Part shown: piece after piece, positions 12,461-26,848 of the stretch | How the letters are laid out: every line of letters begins with the position of its first letter | How positions within the stretch are numbered: position 1 is the first letter of the stretch | Assembly: GCF_026210795.1 (NCBI RefSeq) | Contig: NC_089430.1 | Span: 1,860,001 to 1,924,000, forward strand | Length of the DNA stretch: 64,000 nt | Source: Rhizophagus irregularis | Lineage: Eukaryota | Direction: 5' to 3' | Made by a program: the position numbers and the translations under genes | The notes under the pieces: generated by a model | Database searches by the model: none | Told to the model about the DNA's origin: nothing | The model's input: only the letters and a program-made list of their open reading frames with translations

Positions 12461-15229
12461 GATGTATCGTTTATCTTTTTTTTTCGCCTTTTTTTTTTAA
12501 ATTATTTTTGTTGATTTAAATTAAAAAAAAAAAAAAAATTGATAGATTGGGAATTTGGAATTTGATACCATTTGATACCATTAAAAAACTTATTTAATGT
12601 TTAAATTTGTTCTTTGTACGATTTTTGTGACAAAATTTTATTCTAAAAAAAGCTGTATATCGTTTTCATATCTACTTTATACAGTAAAAAAATCAAATAT
12701 ATGCTGATACATTGCTAAAATAAGCTTGTTAATGAGACTATTAAAGACAATGATCTTCCGGAAAAAGTTTTGAAGATGGTTTATTTGAAATTCTTCATAT
12801 ATTAGAAGTTAGAACTGAAACATTAGTAAAGAGATTGAAAACGATTTTCAAGATTGTTTCTATAGATGAACTAGATGAACTAGATGAACTACTGATTTAA
12901 AAACTAAAACAAAAATGATCAGCATTTTTAGGAAGATTGATGCTTTTGCCGTTTTGCGTCAAGATCGGCTTACATGTAAAAAACTTGTATTACTATTTTA
13001 TTTTCGAATCTCTATTTTTCGTTATAAATTGATTCTTTTCAACCAACATCTCAAAATTTTCCCAATAAAGAAATTAATACCATAGCTCCCAAAAGGATAA
13101 GGTTGATAAAGTCTATTAATGGTTGAAAATATTATTATTGCATTTTCACATGATTTTCATATGTATTAAATATCATTGAGAATTTATTAGTTTATTAAGT
13201 TAGATATATATTTTCTTTAAATTTATGTTTCATTCATTCCATCAAACGATAAAGACTATTGTGTGCTTACAAAATTAATGATTTTTTACAAATTTTATTT
13301 GAATATTATGAATATAAGAACATATCTAAGTTATCTAAGTTGTTAAAAACTTTGGACTTTTAATTAAATTTTGTACTAGATTCCGAATAGTTGTTCATCG
13401 ATAGCAAATTTATAATGCCAGCTGGAATTAAAAATCCCAAATCAAAGTTTATAGTAGCGTAATTTTAAAATTATCTATTAATGTAATTATATGTTCCTTT
13501 CTATTTTTGTATTCATTCATTATAATGCCAAAAATCTTGTGTAAATGTTAACTTTTTTGGAGAAATTTTATATTTTACATGATGATCATACTAACCAAGG
13601 AATTCAGTTTGTTCGTCCGGCACGTGATGATATGCAATGTTTTCCGTTTACTCTATACATAATCTTATGTTATGCTTTATGTTATGCTTATGCTTATGCT
13701 TTATTCTTTAGGGTCAGCAAAACCCAGCTTTCCATGGATAGTAGGTCAATATATCGAGAAGAAAAAAAATCCGATACACGTTATTGGCATTTTCTTTTTC
13801 AAAAAAAAAAATCTTTGATACATTTTAAGAAAAATAATAATAATCGACAAATTCATGTTAATCATATTATCGTCATAAAAAATTTGTCGTAAATTGTGTA
13901 TCATTCAGTAGAATTTATAAATTGTAAATTATTTTATACGATTATATATCAGCAAAAAAATTGTTTTGGTGTTTTTTTTTTCTTTCAAAAATATGTATAT
14001 TGATTTTATAAAAAAACAGATTCAGTATATTAGATTCAGTATATTGATTTTTTTTTAATAAAATTCTGATTCCAGATCTGCAATACGAGCGAAAGAAAAT
14101 TCTAAAAATATAATTGACACTAATTTTAATTTATTCAGATTTATCATCAAATAAAATTCTCTTGATTTTAATAAATGAACACTTTCCTTACACAGTATTT
14201 TTTTAATGTCAAAATCAATTGTGTTTTCATTATAAATTTGAAAATAAAAGAAAAAACTTTGGATTTATTGAGTTTTTAGAAATTTGATAAGTTTATTATA
14301 AAGCCAACAACATTTCCGTTCGTTTCTCACAATAAAATTGCTTATTTTTAATATTTTTTTTACCAAAAACCATTATTATACCTTTTAACTGTTTGAAATC
14401 ACAACTTTTTTTTGAATCAAAAAAAATCACAAAATAAAGAAACACATATAAAGAATCACTGTGAAGTTACCATTAGGAAAGTTATTCTTTAACTTATCCT
14501 AAAATAATAAAATGAGCCTTTTAAGACGTGTGTCGTATATTTAGTTGTTTAAAAAAATTATATTTTAGAAGAAAAAATTTTTTTTTATTAAAATTTATTA
14601 TAGCAATTGATAATAAAATTTACGAGAGACGAAAAGTAATTTATGCAGAAGTGGTAATAAAAAATCACTTAGTTTGACTGGATATATGTCATGTGATTGC
14701 AGATCATTTGTGTGTGTAACTTTGTGTTGCGGTTATTTTTAATGAACGTCGCATAAGATAAATCTGAAAAGCCCCAATAATATTCCGATTTTAAAAGTTT
14801 CTGCAAAATTATTTATGTGTTATAACCAAATTATGTGATTATTATTTTTTTTAATCAAATTTTTATATTATATGATATTATTTGATAAAATATGTATATT
14901 TATATTTTTACCATCCTACAAAAAGGAAAGGACTCCCAAACTGATCTACAAAAAAGAAAAAAGAAAACTGAATCTTCTCACAAAAAAAAATCTGCTGGCC
15001 TATGAAATAAAAAAAGGGATAAATATAAATAAAAAAGAAAGAGGAATAAAGAATAAATAAAAAAAAATATTTTTTTAAAAAGAGGGGTAATGAAGTTAGA
15101 AAAGTTAAAAAAATTTTTTTTTAAAGGGAGGACGTCAAAGTTAGAAAAATAAAAAATTTTTTATAGAGGAAATAGAAATAGAACGAAGAAAATTTTTATT
15201 AAAAAAAGAAGAGTGGGAATAAAAGAATA

Positions 15230-15362
15230 AAATCAAAAAAATTTTTTTTAAGGAGTGACGAAAAAAAATTTTTTTTTAAAGGAGAGTGACGAAAAAAAAT
15301 TTTTTTTAAAGTGAGGTACGAAAAAAAAAATTTTTTTTTTAAAAAGGGGGGTGACGAAGAAA
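15230..15362. repeat. Degenerate ~30-bp tandem repeat (GGAGTGACGAnTn) in low-complexity DNA
   Basis: About four copies of (G)GAGTGACG-poly(A)-poly(T)-AAA. Confidence 0.7.
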
Positions 15363-16930
15363 GAAGAAAATTTTAGAAAAAATAACAGATCAAAAAGGGT
15401 TTATATAAAAAAACAAAAAACGTATCATAACAAGTCAATAAACAATCACATGATCTCATGTTATGATACGGGATTTTTGTAAAATTATCTTCTAAAAATA
15501 TTAAGTTTAAAAATTCCGTATACATTCCGTATGATTAATTTTTTCCGTTTTTTTTAAAAAATGTTCAAAAATAAATTGTTTATTAAATATACGGAATTTG
15601 TATATGGAATCTATAGAAACGTACTGTACATAAAATATATACAAAACGTATCCTTTCCATATACATATTTCTTATAGGGATTATTTAAAAAAAATCTTTC
15701 GTAATAAATAAATCTCATTATGTATCGAACTTCGTGGCGCAACTTTATTGGTCGATTTGTACAGATCAAGAAATATTTGATATATCAAAGTTATTCACTA
15801 GTTGGTATAAACTGGCACATTCAAGTCGTATCTAATCAATACAAGTGACCCGAATGTCCAAAATTTTTATTTAAGAAAATTTCCTCGATATTATCTTCGA
15901 GTTAAAATAAATCAAACAAGAACGTTACTATTAAATATTGTCAAATTTTAGATATTGACTTTATAGAACTGGATTTAAAATCATTTAGCAGTAATTAATA
16001 CATTTAATTGTTAAAAAATATAATAAAATATTAGAAAAAAAGAATAAAAGAAAAATGTCCTTCGAACTTTTATGATATAATATTAGTACAAAGACACTGA
16101 TGGAAATTACCCTCTTAAAAATTACGTTAATGGTTCTTGCGCGTTGTGGCGTAGGAAGCGATTTAGTCACCTTTTTTTACCATAATTTGTAAAGTATTTG
16201 TAACATAGAATCTTTAAGTAGTCGAAAAGCCCAGACAGAGTGAACATAAGCAAAAAAACATTTGCAACTACCTTGAAGCGTCTAACCATAACTTGGAGCC
16301 AATAAAAAAAAAAGATTGATAATAGTTTGTAAAACTTAATCATCTCTTAAAATTTGAAATTTGAAAATGTGGTTTGACGGTTGAAGTACGATCACCAGCA
16401 CTGTACCATACATACAATGAAGGTTATATCATACTTATCTATATACACTTTTATTATAAAGGATTTAAAAATATTGTCAGGACTATTTGACGATTTTTTA
16501 TATTATTTTTCAGTTAATATTTAATTTTAACCAAATTGATAAAGAATTTGTTAAAATAATGGAATTATACAGATAATAACAAATGCAATATCATATGTAT
16601 GTTCAATTTTAACATGACTTAGGCTATATAAAAACCAAATTTTAATATTTTAAATAATATAAATAAAAATTTTTATTGTACTTTAAATTATTATTTTTAA
16701 AATTTTTAAAACATAAATAAATAATGTTCATCTTAACTAAAAACCTCCAAGTTGAACAATTGAGAGCTAACCTAATTTTTTTATTTCCTAATACCAACCA
16801 TAATTCAAATACATAATTTATCTTTTAAATTTTTAAAGTCATAAAAAGTTATTCTTTAAATATCTCTAATATACATTATTACAATTCAAAGTATTAATTG
16901 TAACTATACAATTTAGATTATTTCACATTA

Positions 16931-18520
16931 TTACCATAGAAGCATAGATAAATCTCCTTTATATAATACATCAAAATTTCTCATATAACTATATTTTAAA
17001 ATTTGAATATCATATAATCTAAATTCCTCTATATCTTTCGAAGAAAACCAACTTACATTGAATTTATCAGAAATAGTCAAATATTTAACTTTTTTCTTTT
17101 TCATAATATATTCCTTTATACAAGGATAAATAGTTACATAAAGATCATGACTTTCATTTTTAATTGACAATTCTTTAATAAAAGTATTTTGAGAATTTTT
17201 TAAGAATATTTCTAAATCATTTTCATTAATTGCAAGACACAAATTCAAATATTCTAATTTAAAAGGAAGAATTTGTCCTAAATTTTGTAATATAATTGAA
17301 TGAAAATCATTTTTCATATCAGTGACAAAACAGAGATCAATTGAAAGATAATTAAGACTTTGTTTAATATTTTCAATTAAATTGAATACTAAGTTAATAT
17401 TCCGATAATCCCACAATAGGTGTAAGTATAAAGATTTAATTTTTCTACAATATTTTGTAACTGATTTAAATAATTGTAATAATTGTGGTTTACTATCTAC
17501 ACGACTTTCAAAATTTTCTAAATAACAACCAAAATGTTGTAATAGCAGATCCAATGGTTCAAATTGTGATACTTCACGCAAAAATAAAGATTTCAATTTA
17601 AATGGTTTATTAATATTAATAATTTGTTGAACAAATTTGGTATCTAGATAACTACAATGAATAATATGAATTGATTCTAAAACATTTAATTGATTAAATA
17701 CTTCATTTAAAATAATTATATTTTTAAATTCAATATAATAAAATATGATTGTGTTTAATGTATTTGAACAATTAGAATTTTTCAATGATAATAATGATTG
17801 GTACAAAGGAGATCTAAATAATATTTTTCTAAGATTCTTTTGAGATTTAATAATTTGTGATAAACCGTTTCCCATCATTTGTTGATGTTCGTAGTGATTA
17901 TAACATTGATATAATAGAGATGAAATTGAATTGCAATTAGAACTTAAAAATGTTAAAAATTTTATTATAGATACAGACATTTCCAAATGACTCAATTGCA
18001 AATTTTTTATATTACCAATAAAATTTGAATTTTGTAAAATCAATTCAAAAATATCATCAAAACTACCATATAAAACATGCAAACTATGTAAATTTGCTAC
18101 ATTTTCAATGAATAGTTGAATTAATGATCTACAAATTAATTTTGTAAAGTTTGACTTTCGAAAATTTTTAGTTGCTAAAGTTCTATCCCAATCTTCAATA
18201 GATTTACTAATTTTATATATATCCAAATGTTTAATAAAACTAGAATATTTAAATAATGTATTTGAAGGAAATAAATTTTTATCCATTCCATATTCAATTA
18301 ATTTTGTTTTCTCATCATCATTTAAATCATATAAATAAATTTCAATAAAGTGAAGATTTTTAGGACGCATAAATGAAAATGGATTTTCCCATAATAATGG
18401 AATTGCTGAATTACACCATAATCTATTAACCAATATACATGAATATAGTATTCTATAATCTTGACGAAAATATTGTAAAATTTCACCTAATAATTCTGGT
18501 AAAATCTTTGAAAATGCCAT
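16931..18520 (-). CDS. F-box domain / RNI-like repeat protein, intronless, ~529 aa
   Basis: The N-terminus MAFSKILPELLGEILQYFRQDYRILYSCILVNRLWCNSAIPLLWENPF is F-box-like and is followed by L-x-x-L-x-L repeats. First ATG at 18520. Confidence 0.88.
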   Translation of the reverse strand: MAFSKILPELLGEILQYFRQDYRILYSCILVNRLWCNSAIPLLWENPFSFMRPKNLHFIEIYLYDLNDDEKTKLIEYGMDKNLFPSNTLFKYSSFIKHLDIYKISKSIEDWDRTLATKNFRKSNFTKLICRSLIQLFIENVANLHSLHVLYGSFDDIFELILQNSNFIGNIKNLQLSHLEMSVSIIKFLTFLSSNCNSISSLLYQCYNHYEHQQMMGNGLSQIIKSQKNLRKILFRSPLYQSLLSLKNSNCSNTLNTIIFYYIEFKNIIILNEVFNQLNVLESIHIIHCSYLDTKFVQQIININKPFKLKSLFLREVSQFEPLDLLLQHFGCYLENFESRVDSKPQLLQLFKSVTKYCRKIKSLYLHLLWDYRNINLVFNLIENIKQSLNYLSIDLCFVTDMKNDFHSIILQNLGQILPFKLEYLNLCLAINENDLEIFLKNSQNTFIKELSIKNESHDLYVTIYPCIKEYIMKKKKVKYLTISDKFNVSWFSSKDIEEFRLYDIQILKYSYMRNFDVLYKGDLSMLLW

Positions 18521-19919
18521 TACGTTAAGCAAAAAGGAAAGAAGAAAAAAAGGGTTTGGGCGACAACTTCGTTTCGTCGCACAAGTATTTATGCAACGTT
18601 TAAATTTCTTATTGGTTCCTTATTATATAGATCCTTATCACATGATGATCATCACTATTTTCCGCAGCACATCAACATGAATTATTTTATTCTATTTTAG
18701 CGTACCTGCTGATTTATCACCTAGGTTATTTCGGTATCGTTCACGGGTCCCTGACCGATATCAGTAATAAAAAAGGGAGACAGAAAAATCATATGACTAC
18801 TTACCAAAATCCGCAGCATCCAGTATTATTTAAAAAAAATTATAAATAGGGTTACAGTACTGTAAAATCTCCCGGTAGTACTAAGAAAATCATCAATTCT
18901 TGAGACGACTTTTGGGTTCCGTTGCAAGTGTAGTATGTGAAACTCTTCATTCAAATTTTAAATTTGTATGTTCGCTATTTATATTTAGAAAGACAGACAT
19001 CATAAAAATTTAGTTTGATTTCAAATTATTATAATTATAACGGTAAAAAACATAAAAGATTAAACGTTTAAGGCGTAAGCATTATTACGAGTCTGACGCT
19101 AAGTCAAATAAGCTGTAAGTAAGTATAGAAGCATAACAAGTATATCAGTCTTTTTCCGAAACTTATTCTACTGTCAAAAAAAGTAACAAGAAAATTGAAA
19201 CTCATAAAACCCGGTATAAATTGGGTTGGAATTTACTGTATAATTAGGAGTTTTTGAGTTCTGTCCAGTTTTTTTAAAATTGAATCTAAAATAGCCCTGT
19301 TCATTTCCAGTCGGTTGCATTTTTCGGTCGGATTTTGTTGTAAAAAAAATTATCCAATAAAAATTTTTTTATTTTCGATCGCAAATTGAACTGCTTTAGA
19401 TTGATTTTTTAAAAAAAATATAATAATTTTGTAAATATATTTAATATAATATTTTATTTCTTTATTTAATAATAATAAAAAAGTTGAAAGAAAAAGAAAA
19501 AAAATCAAAAAAAAAATTGGGGAAAGAAAAGGATGAAGAAAGAAATCGGTTTAAAAAAATAAAAATAACAATACGGTCTAAAAAAAAGATCGAAAAAAAA
19601 TAATATAAAAAAAAAATTGGTCTTAAAAGACCGAAACAATAGGATTATTTATTAAAAAATTTTCAGTTTGGGAAAAAAAATTAAATGTAAATGGGAAAAG
19701 AATGAGAAAAAATAAATTTTTCGGTTTGAAAAAAACTGAAAGAAGAAAAGGGAGAAAAATTTTTTTCGGTTCGAAATCAAAAAAAGCATTAACTGAAATT
19801 GGATTGGTTGATTGGAATGCACATGGATCGAATAGTTTTTCAATCAAATTTCCTTAATTATGATATCGGAATCAAGAATATCACACTTTTCAATGTTACA
19901 CAATTTAAATTATTTATAC

Positions 19920-20446
19920 ACCCTTAACAATATATAATCCAGGTGCCGTTTATAAAAGTAGACCTTTAAGTGATATGATTTAACCTGCAATGTCTTTAAC
20001 GAGTTTAATAAGTCAATCTTTTAATTTAGAAACTGGTAAACATTTATTATATTAAGAATTACATTACATTTTTATATCAATGTTTAACTTTTTTTTTTTT
20101 TACTTGAATAATTAGACCCATTTTATTATTATCAGACACCGTCTACTGGTAATTAGTCAATTATATATTTGTTATTGTTTGAGATATCATTCATTATATT
20201 AATAACCATTATTCTTTTAAAGTTAAAAGAAAATTCGATGAGATTAATGACGATAATGGTATGATATCAAATAAACTTTATTGTAAAGATTATATGTCAA
20301 AAGAAATTGAATTAGATATTAATAATCATAATAATAGTAAGTTTTTTTTTATAAATATTTATATTGTATTATTATATTTTGACCTAATTATTATTAATGT
20401 AGAACATAATTCCAGAGAATTTGAATTTGATATTAATACTCTTTAA
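19920..20446 (+). pseudogene. Orphan 3' tail of a TKL-type kinase gene, copy B
   Basis: Same micro-exons as 7100-7626 (DYMSKEIELDINNHNN, HNSREFEFDINTL*) with the same in-frame TAA. Confidence 0.6.
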
Positions 20447-21388
20447 TTTTTCAAAGTGGTTTTTTTATTTTTATTTTTATTTTATTATAATAATAGATTA
20501 TTTTTAGTGCTTTTAGGATTTTCTATTATATATGTTGATTTTTGACGAAGATTTTATCGCTATTTAAATAAAATTCTATATACAAAAAAAGAAAATTATG
20601 AAAAATAATTGAATTTATAAATTTTTAAACCACAAGAATCGTTTTATTTTAATAAAATGTCCTAAATCGATTTTTCTTATGTCATAAAACTCAAATCTAA
20701 ATATTGCGTAATTTTCAATAATTTTATTAATTTGTTTTCTCATAAATTTATATATAGTAATGTTGTTAAATATGTACAGTCAACTCACCTTACATGAATT
20801 TGGCGTCTGGACTTATTATGCCTTCGTTCATTTTTCAGAAAATTTGGTAATGCTATCAAGTATCAACGAAGGATTTGGTATAGAATATTTCGTTATACAA
20901 TTTTTTCGGTATATAGTAAAAACAACGTGAACCGACCGAACCGCCCTTAAATAAATTATAAAATATTTTTCTAATTTAAACTTGTTTCAAAATTTATAAA
21001 AATTTTATTAGAAACTTAAATCTTTTCTTTACTGAAAAAAAAATAAAAGTTAATTATAAAAAGTTCATTTTATATGATCACACTTTCGTTCGTTAAACTG
21101 GTGTAACAGCGCTTGATTAACATCACTATAACAAAATTTTTTTTATTTATATGTTAAATATCAAAATTCGCTATAAGGTAAAGTTGACTATATAGTTGAG
21201 TTAAAATATTAATCATTCTAAAAGAAGATAATTTACATATAGTAGTAAATTCTTTGACAAATGACAAACTAAATTTCTCTTTTATTTTTGTATAAAATAA
21301 AAAAGCAAACTATAATAATATATAAAATGATCGTAATAAATATCGTATAAATTCGTTTATAATTCCCTATAATATTATTACTTCTTCT

Positions 21389-24300
21389 TTACAAATTATT
21401 ATTAGCGATGATATAAAGATCACAGAATTCTTTGAGCTGGTTGGCTCCCGAATTTTCAGCAAATTGTTTCATATTTTCCACATTCGACCTGGTAATCGTT
21501 CGCGAGAGCCTCAATTCCATCACTTCTTTTAAATGGACTAACTCATAACTATTTGCTAATTTAGTTAGATCTTTATAAAGTGCAAATTTTGAATTATCAT
21601 CATCAATACCTAAACTTTTAATTGCGACATCGATGTCCTGACCATACAGGTATCGTAATAAGATTCGCATCGAGTTAGGTCGAATGTCATTAATAGTGAT
21701 CTCAATCGGACCCGGATCTGCCGAATAAAATTCTTGTCGAAAAAATCCAGAGCTTGCCACAAGCATATATCGACTTGCTTTAATTTCTTCTTCATTTACA
21801 ATAAAAATGATGTCATTTAAGGAGGATTCATGATCAAATAAAAGATCAAATACGGCTTTTCCAATAATAATGGACTGATTGTGTAGACGGACGTTTATTT
21901 TATAATCTGGTCGTTTTACTTCCTTGACACCTGCACTTTTGAGCATGTTTGGATATTTTTGAAGACTCAAACAAATATATCTATCCTCATCCTTTTCACT
22001 ATTCAAAATCAAATCTTTTACAGAGACCCAGTTGTCGTCATCAAATGGGTCTTGATCTTTATTGAAATTAAGGAATAATCTTTCATGTTCATAAATTTGT
22101 TCTGACAAGTCAATATCATTTGTCTTGCATTCACCTTCGAGCCATTTATAAACTTCATAGACGTTGTTTTTAAAAACGCCAGCCCAATCGCTTTTCCATT
22201 CATCATCAACCCGTATGTGTGTATACAAGAAACGAAGATGTTCGATTACAGTAGTTGCTTCCGGTTTACCAAGTGATGGATACTTTTGAAGTACGTGTTT
22301 AGGCGGTACAACATCTTCTGCAATCAAAGACATTTGACTCCACGCAACTTCTTTATATTTGGAAAGAACTATGTGATCGAAACAATCTAAAGTATTAGTA
22401 CGAACATAATTCAAATTATAAGGTTTACCCAGATCTTTAGAAATTGGAACAAATCTAAATCTTTCCATTCCTTCTTCAAATTTAAGAGTGTCAATATTCT
22501 TATAGAAATAGTCGATTAAGGCAAAACCTCGATAACGTATGTCGGATGGAGGATTCACCTTTTTTTCCAACGTTTCGATATATTTAGCGCAACCAATGAA
22601 TGTTTTTTGATTAACCTTATTTTTAAATCCAATATTTGACAATGCATCTGAATATTTTATATCATTATGAAGATACATGCCCATGTTTTCACCAAAAATG
22701 ACCTTGTAAACACTATTTCGAATATCATACAGTTGATCAATTTTCTTTAATTTCTTATTATATGTGGGAAAACAAGGCTTATCTTTTAAATCTCTAACAA
22801 CATTACTATAATGAAGTATGTCGTTTAGAAAACGAACATATTGATAATCATATTCACTAGGGAATTCAACGTCTTCGAAAGTATACGAATAAACGTCTCG
22901 TTTTTGGACACCAAGTTTGATAAGACAATTTCGAACATTATCCCCAGAAGCATTCAAATAAATTTTAGAATCCTTTTTTGTTCGATAATGTTGAAAATTA
23001 CTTGGCAAGATGTACCCGCATGAAATTGGTTTCAAATCTGCTGGTAGTATCGAATCTGAGAGTGTCGGCCAAATAGGCAATGAGCGGAGGAGTAATTTTA
23101 GATCCGGATTAGATGTTATGTCTACGCAAATTTAAAAAAAAAATAAAAGAATAAGCAATTCAACCATTTGTTTAGTTGCAAAGATGATAATATTTGTACA
23201 CTTAAAACTCTAAGTAGCTACCTAATCCATCCAAATTATTTCGTAATAAGCCTTGAAATCCTAAAGTCTGTCCACGTGGTAAGAACTTGAAGAGAACGTC
23301 TGCGCGGTCATTCTCGTCAGGTAAGCCTTCATTAATCAACTGGAAAATATCATCATTTTTTAATATAAGTTGGAGTACTCTAAATCCATATTCGACTACG
23401 TATCTTGGATAATTTCCAGCGGCGGACGGAAACGGCCAGTACTTTGAGATGGGATGATCTTTTAGATCTATTTCTTTATTTTTATGTAATTTGATAATTT
23501 CTTCGAGTAGTTTGCAATAAAGTTCCGGTAAGAAATCAAGCAAAATATACCTATTCCAACCAAGTTTCTGATGATCTAAATCCGGCAGATCATCTTTTTC
23601 GATTAGTAATTTTCCACGATCTGAGCCCTGAGCCCAAGTACCGTTAAGATGAACTGGCAAATATATTGCATCAGGTAATGAGAAAAAAGAATACATTCTA
23701 CCCTTAAAGCAGTTATCCTCTGAGCTTTTAAGTATTGTAGCGATACCCCCTAATACGCGTAAACGATATTTTCTCGCATATTCTTTTAGTTTTGAATCCT
23801 CAGGATTTTGTTGAGCACCATTAGTAATAATCCAATGCTCTTCCTGTTTATTTTCTGAATTATCAGCTAATTCGATCTTTATCTGAAAAGTATTAATTAC
23901 ACCATTGTTAACATACTTTCTTTTATTTTTTGTATCTTCATTCAAATCTGTTATAATCGCTCTCCAAAGAGAAGTTATTTGGAATGGAGCTGTATCTTCA
24001 TTTATGAAAGACGTTTCAATTATTTCAATATTTCGAAGGAATATAAATTGAGAGGATGCAATTGATTTAATATTGGTGAGTAATTCGAGAACCTTGTCGG
24101 TAGTAAAAATGCTGTCAGAGATATCACTTGATTCTTTCCTGAGTGGTAATCGAAAGAGAGTCCCTTCAAAAGTAGATCGAAAATCTATTCCTTCAATGCC
24201 TTCAAAGGGAACTAATTGGTCCTTATTAGAGAACCCATCAATGCCATTATTGGGAATAAGACCCCTAATACCACGTTGGGACAAATATTTCTCTTGAGGA

Positions 24301-24841
24301 TCCAAAAACGCAAAAGAATCACCACTTATAAAACTTGGAACATCAGTAAAATGATAACACGAATTAAAGCCTATTCCATGTTTCCCGATTTTTGTATCAT
24401 CACCTTGTTTTCCCCCAACGCGTATCTGCATAAGCGATTCAAAATCAGTTTCTTTAAATTTCGCATTATTAAATATCAAAATGGCTGGGCCTTGCCAAGC
24501 CTTCATTTCATCATAAAATAGAGAGTCTGTAGGGTGTGAACGAGCGTCAACTATAACATGATATCGAGTAGCTCCAGCATCATCAGCTATTTTTTTTTTT
24601 AAAAAAAAAGGATATTTCAATTAAAATTTTAACGAAAGTGAAATAAATTGAATTTTAACTCCCTACCATTTTGAAGAAATTCTTTAAATATACTTTCGAA
24701 AGGATAATCCTGGTAAAATATTAATTTAATGAAACCATTAAAAAAAAATGCACTTTTAAAGCATAAATGAAAATCTACCTTTATGATATTACGAATGGAC
24801 GAAATAAGTGTTTCGTTTTGACCGTAAGATTGAAATGACAT
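21389..24841 (-). CDS. Sacsin-like ATPase plus BTB/POZ domain protein, copy B
   Basis: Same four-exon structure as copy A (MSFQSYGQNETLISSIRNIIK | DYPFESIFKEFLQN | ADDAGATRY...). ORFs 23202-24620 and 21389-23080 are open. Confidence 0.92.
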
Positions 24842-26848
24842 TTTATATCGTTATCTTTTTTTTCGACTTTTTTTTTTGAATTATTTTTTTTTTAAAATAA
24901 TAGATTAGAATTTGATACCATTAAAGATTATTTCTTTTAAATCTTTTCTTTATGCGTTTTTTTTGTGACAAGATTTTATTCTAAAAAAAGTTATATATCG
25001 GTTTTCATATCTACTTATACAGAAATAAATCTGATACATTGCTAATAAATAAGACTATTAAAGACAATGATCTTCCGGAAAAAGTTTTGATGACGATTTA
25101 TTTGAAATACTTCATATATTAGAAGTTAGATTGAAAACGATTATCAAGAATGTTTCTATAGATGAACTACTTCCTGGTTTAAAATTAGTTAAACAAAAAA
25201 TGATCGGCATTTGATGCTTTTGTCTTGTCGTTTTGCGTTAAGATCGGCTTAAACTTGTTAAAAATCGATTTTACCTATTTTAGTTTCGATTTTTTTTTTC
25301 TATTCTATTTTCAACCAATCAAATAACATCTCAAAATTTCTTATGCTAATAATTAAATTACCAACTGCGAGTGATCTCTAATCAAAATATGTTCAGATAA
25401 TTTTTTTTTTTTCAGATATCCTGATAGAGCGTTCTTTATCCGAATAAAATTACCAGGTCTATTATTATCTGGATAAAAAAAAGCCTTTTTGTTTTGGTTT
25501 TTTTTTTAAAAAAAATAAAAAAAAATGTAAAATCATGATTAAATATCAAAAAATAAATAAAATTTCAATAGAACATCATATCTGATATAATTTAATGAAA
25601 TTGAAATAGCAATAGAAAATGATTTCAATAAATTATAGATATTAATAAATGATGTTGATATACAGTATAAGAAATTGATGAATACATTAATAGATAATTT
25701 TAAAAATTACGTAAACATATAAAGATTGAATTAATGGTTTAGATTTAGGATTTTTTTTTTAATTCCAGCTGGCATTATAAATTTGACCTAAATTACTATT
25801 GATGAACTATTTGAAACCTAGTACATTAATATAAAATTGTTAACAACTTAGACATGTTTTATATTCATTATATTCAAAATATTATTATAATATTTGTAAA
25901 AAATCATTAACTTTGAATGTTATTTCAAATTGTGTAAGCACAACAATAATAGCCATTTATAATGTAATTACTTTGTTTTTTCTTATTTAAAATATAATAA
26001 TAATAGTAGTATAGTCTTTATCAAATTCATGTGGAAATGCGATAATACTATTGATGGATTGTTATCGACGCCTAAATATGGTTTAGTCCTTTCCGTTATC
26101 TTTTATTATTTGTCCGGCACGTGATGATGTGTATGCATAAGCATATTCATAATTTTATGTTATTCTTATGCTTATACTTTATAGTTTATACTTTAGGATC
26201 AGCAACCCAGCTTTCCATCGTAATAAAATTTTTTATTAAATATCCAATGTCAATTACTGCATTAGCCTTTTAAAGTAGTAAATATTTTTTTTCATAGAAT
26301 TTTTTTTAGTAAGCATATTTATTGTCATTTTCTTTTTCAAAAAAAAAAAAAAAAAAATCTTAATGACTATCAAATTATTATCATGTTAATCATATTATCG
26401 TCATAAAAAATTTATCGTAAATTGTGTAATTGTAAATTACTTTATACGACTAGATATCAGCAAAAAAATTGTTTTGGGCGATTTTTTTTTTTCATAAATA
26501 TATATATTATTTTTATCAAAAAAAAAACCTTCATTATAATGATGATTAGAATTTTTAGATTCAGTATATTGATTTTTTTTAATAAAATTCTGATTTCAGA
26601 TCTGCAATACGAAAGAAAATTTTTAAAATATAATTGATACTAATTTTAATTTATTCAGATTTATCATCAAATAAAATTCTCTTAATTTTAATAAATGAAC
26701 ACTTTCCTTACACAGTATTTTTTTAATGTCAAAATAAATTGTGTTTTCATTATAAATTTGAAAATAAAAGAAAAAACTTTGGATTTATTGGATTTTTAGA
26801 AATTAGATAAGTTTATTAAGCCACAACATTTCCGTTCGTTTCTCACAA

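Larger units (their letters stand above)
6399..14780. repeat. Segmental duplication, copy A
   Basis: Collinear with 19400-27308, e.g. GATGAAGAAAGAAATCGGTTTAAAAAAATAAAAATAACAATACGGTCT at 6481 and 19532. Homology ends near AAATCTGAAAAGCCCCAATAATAT. Confidence 0.95.
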
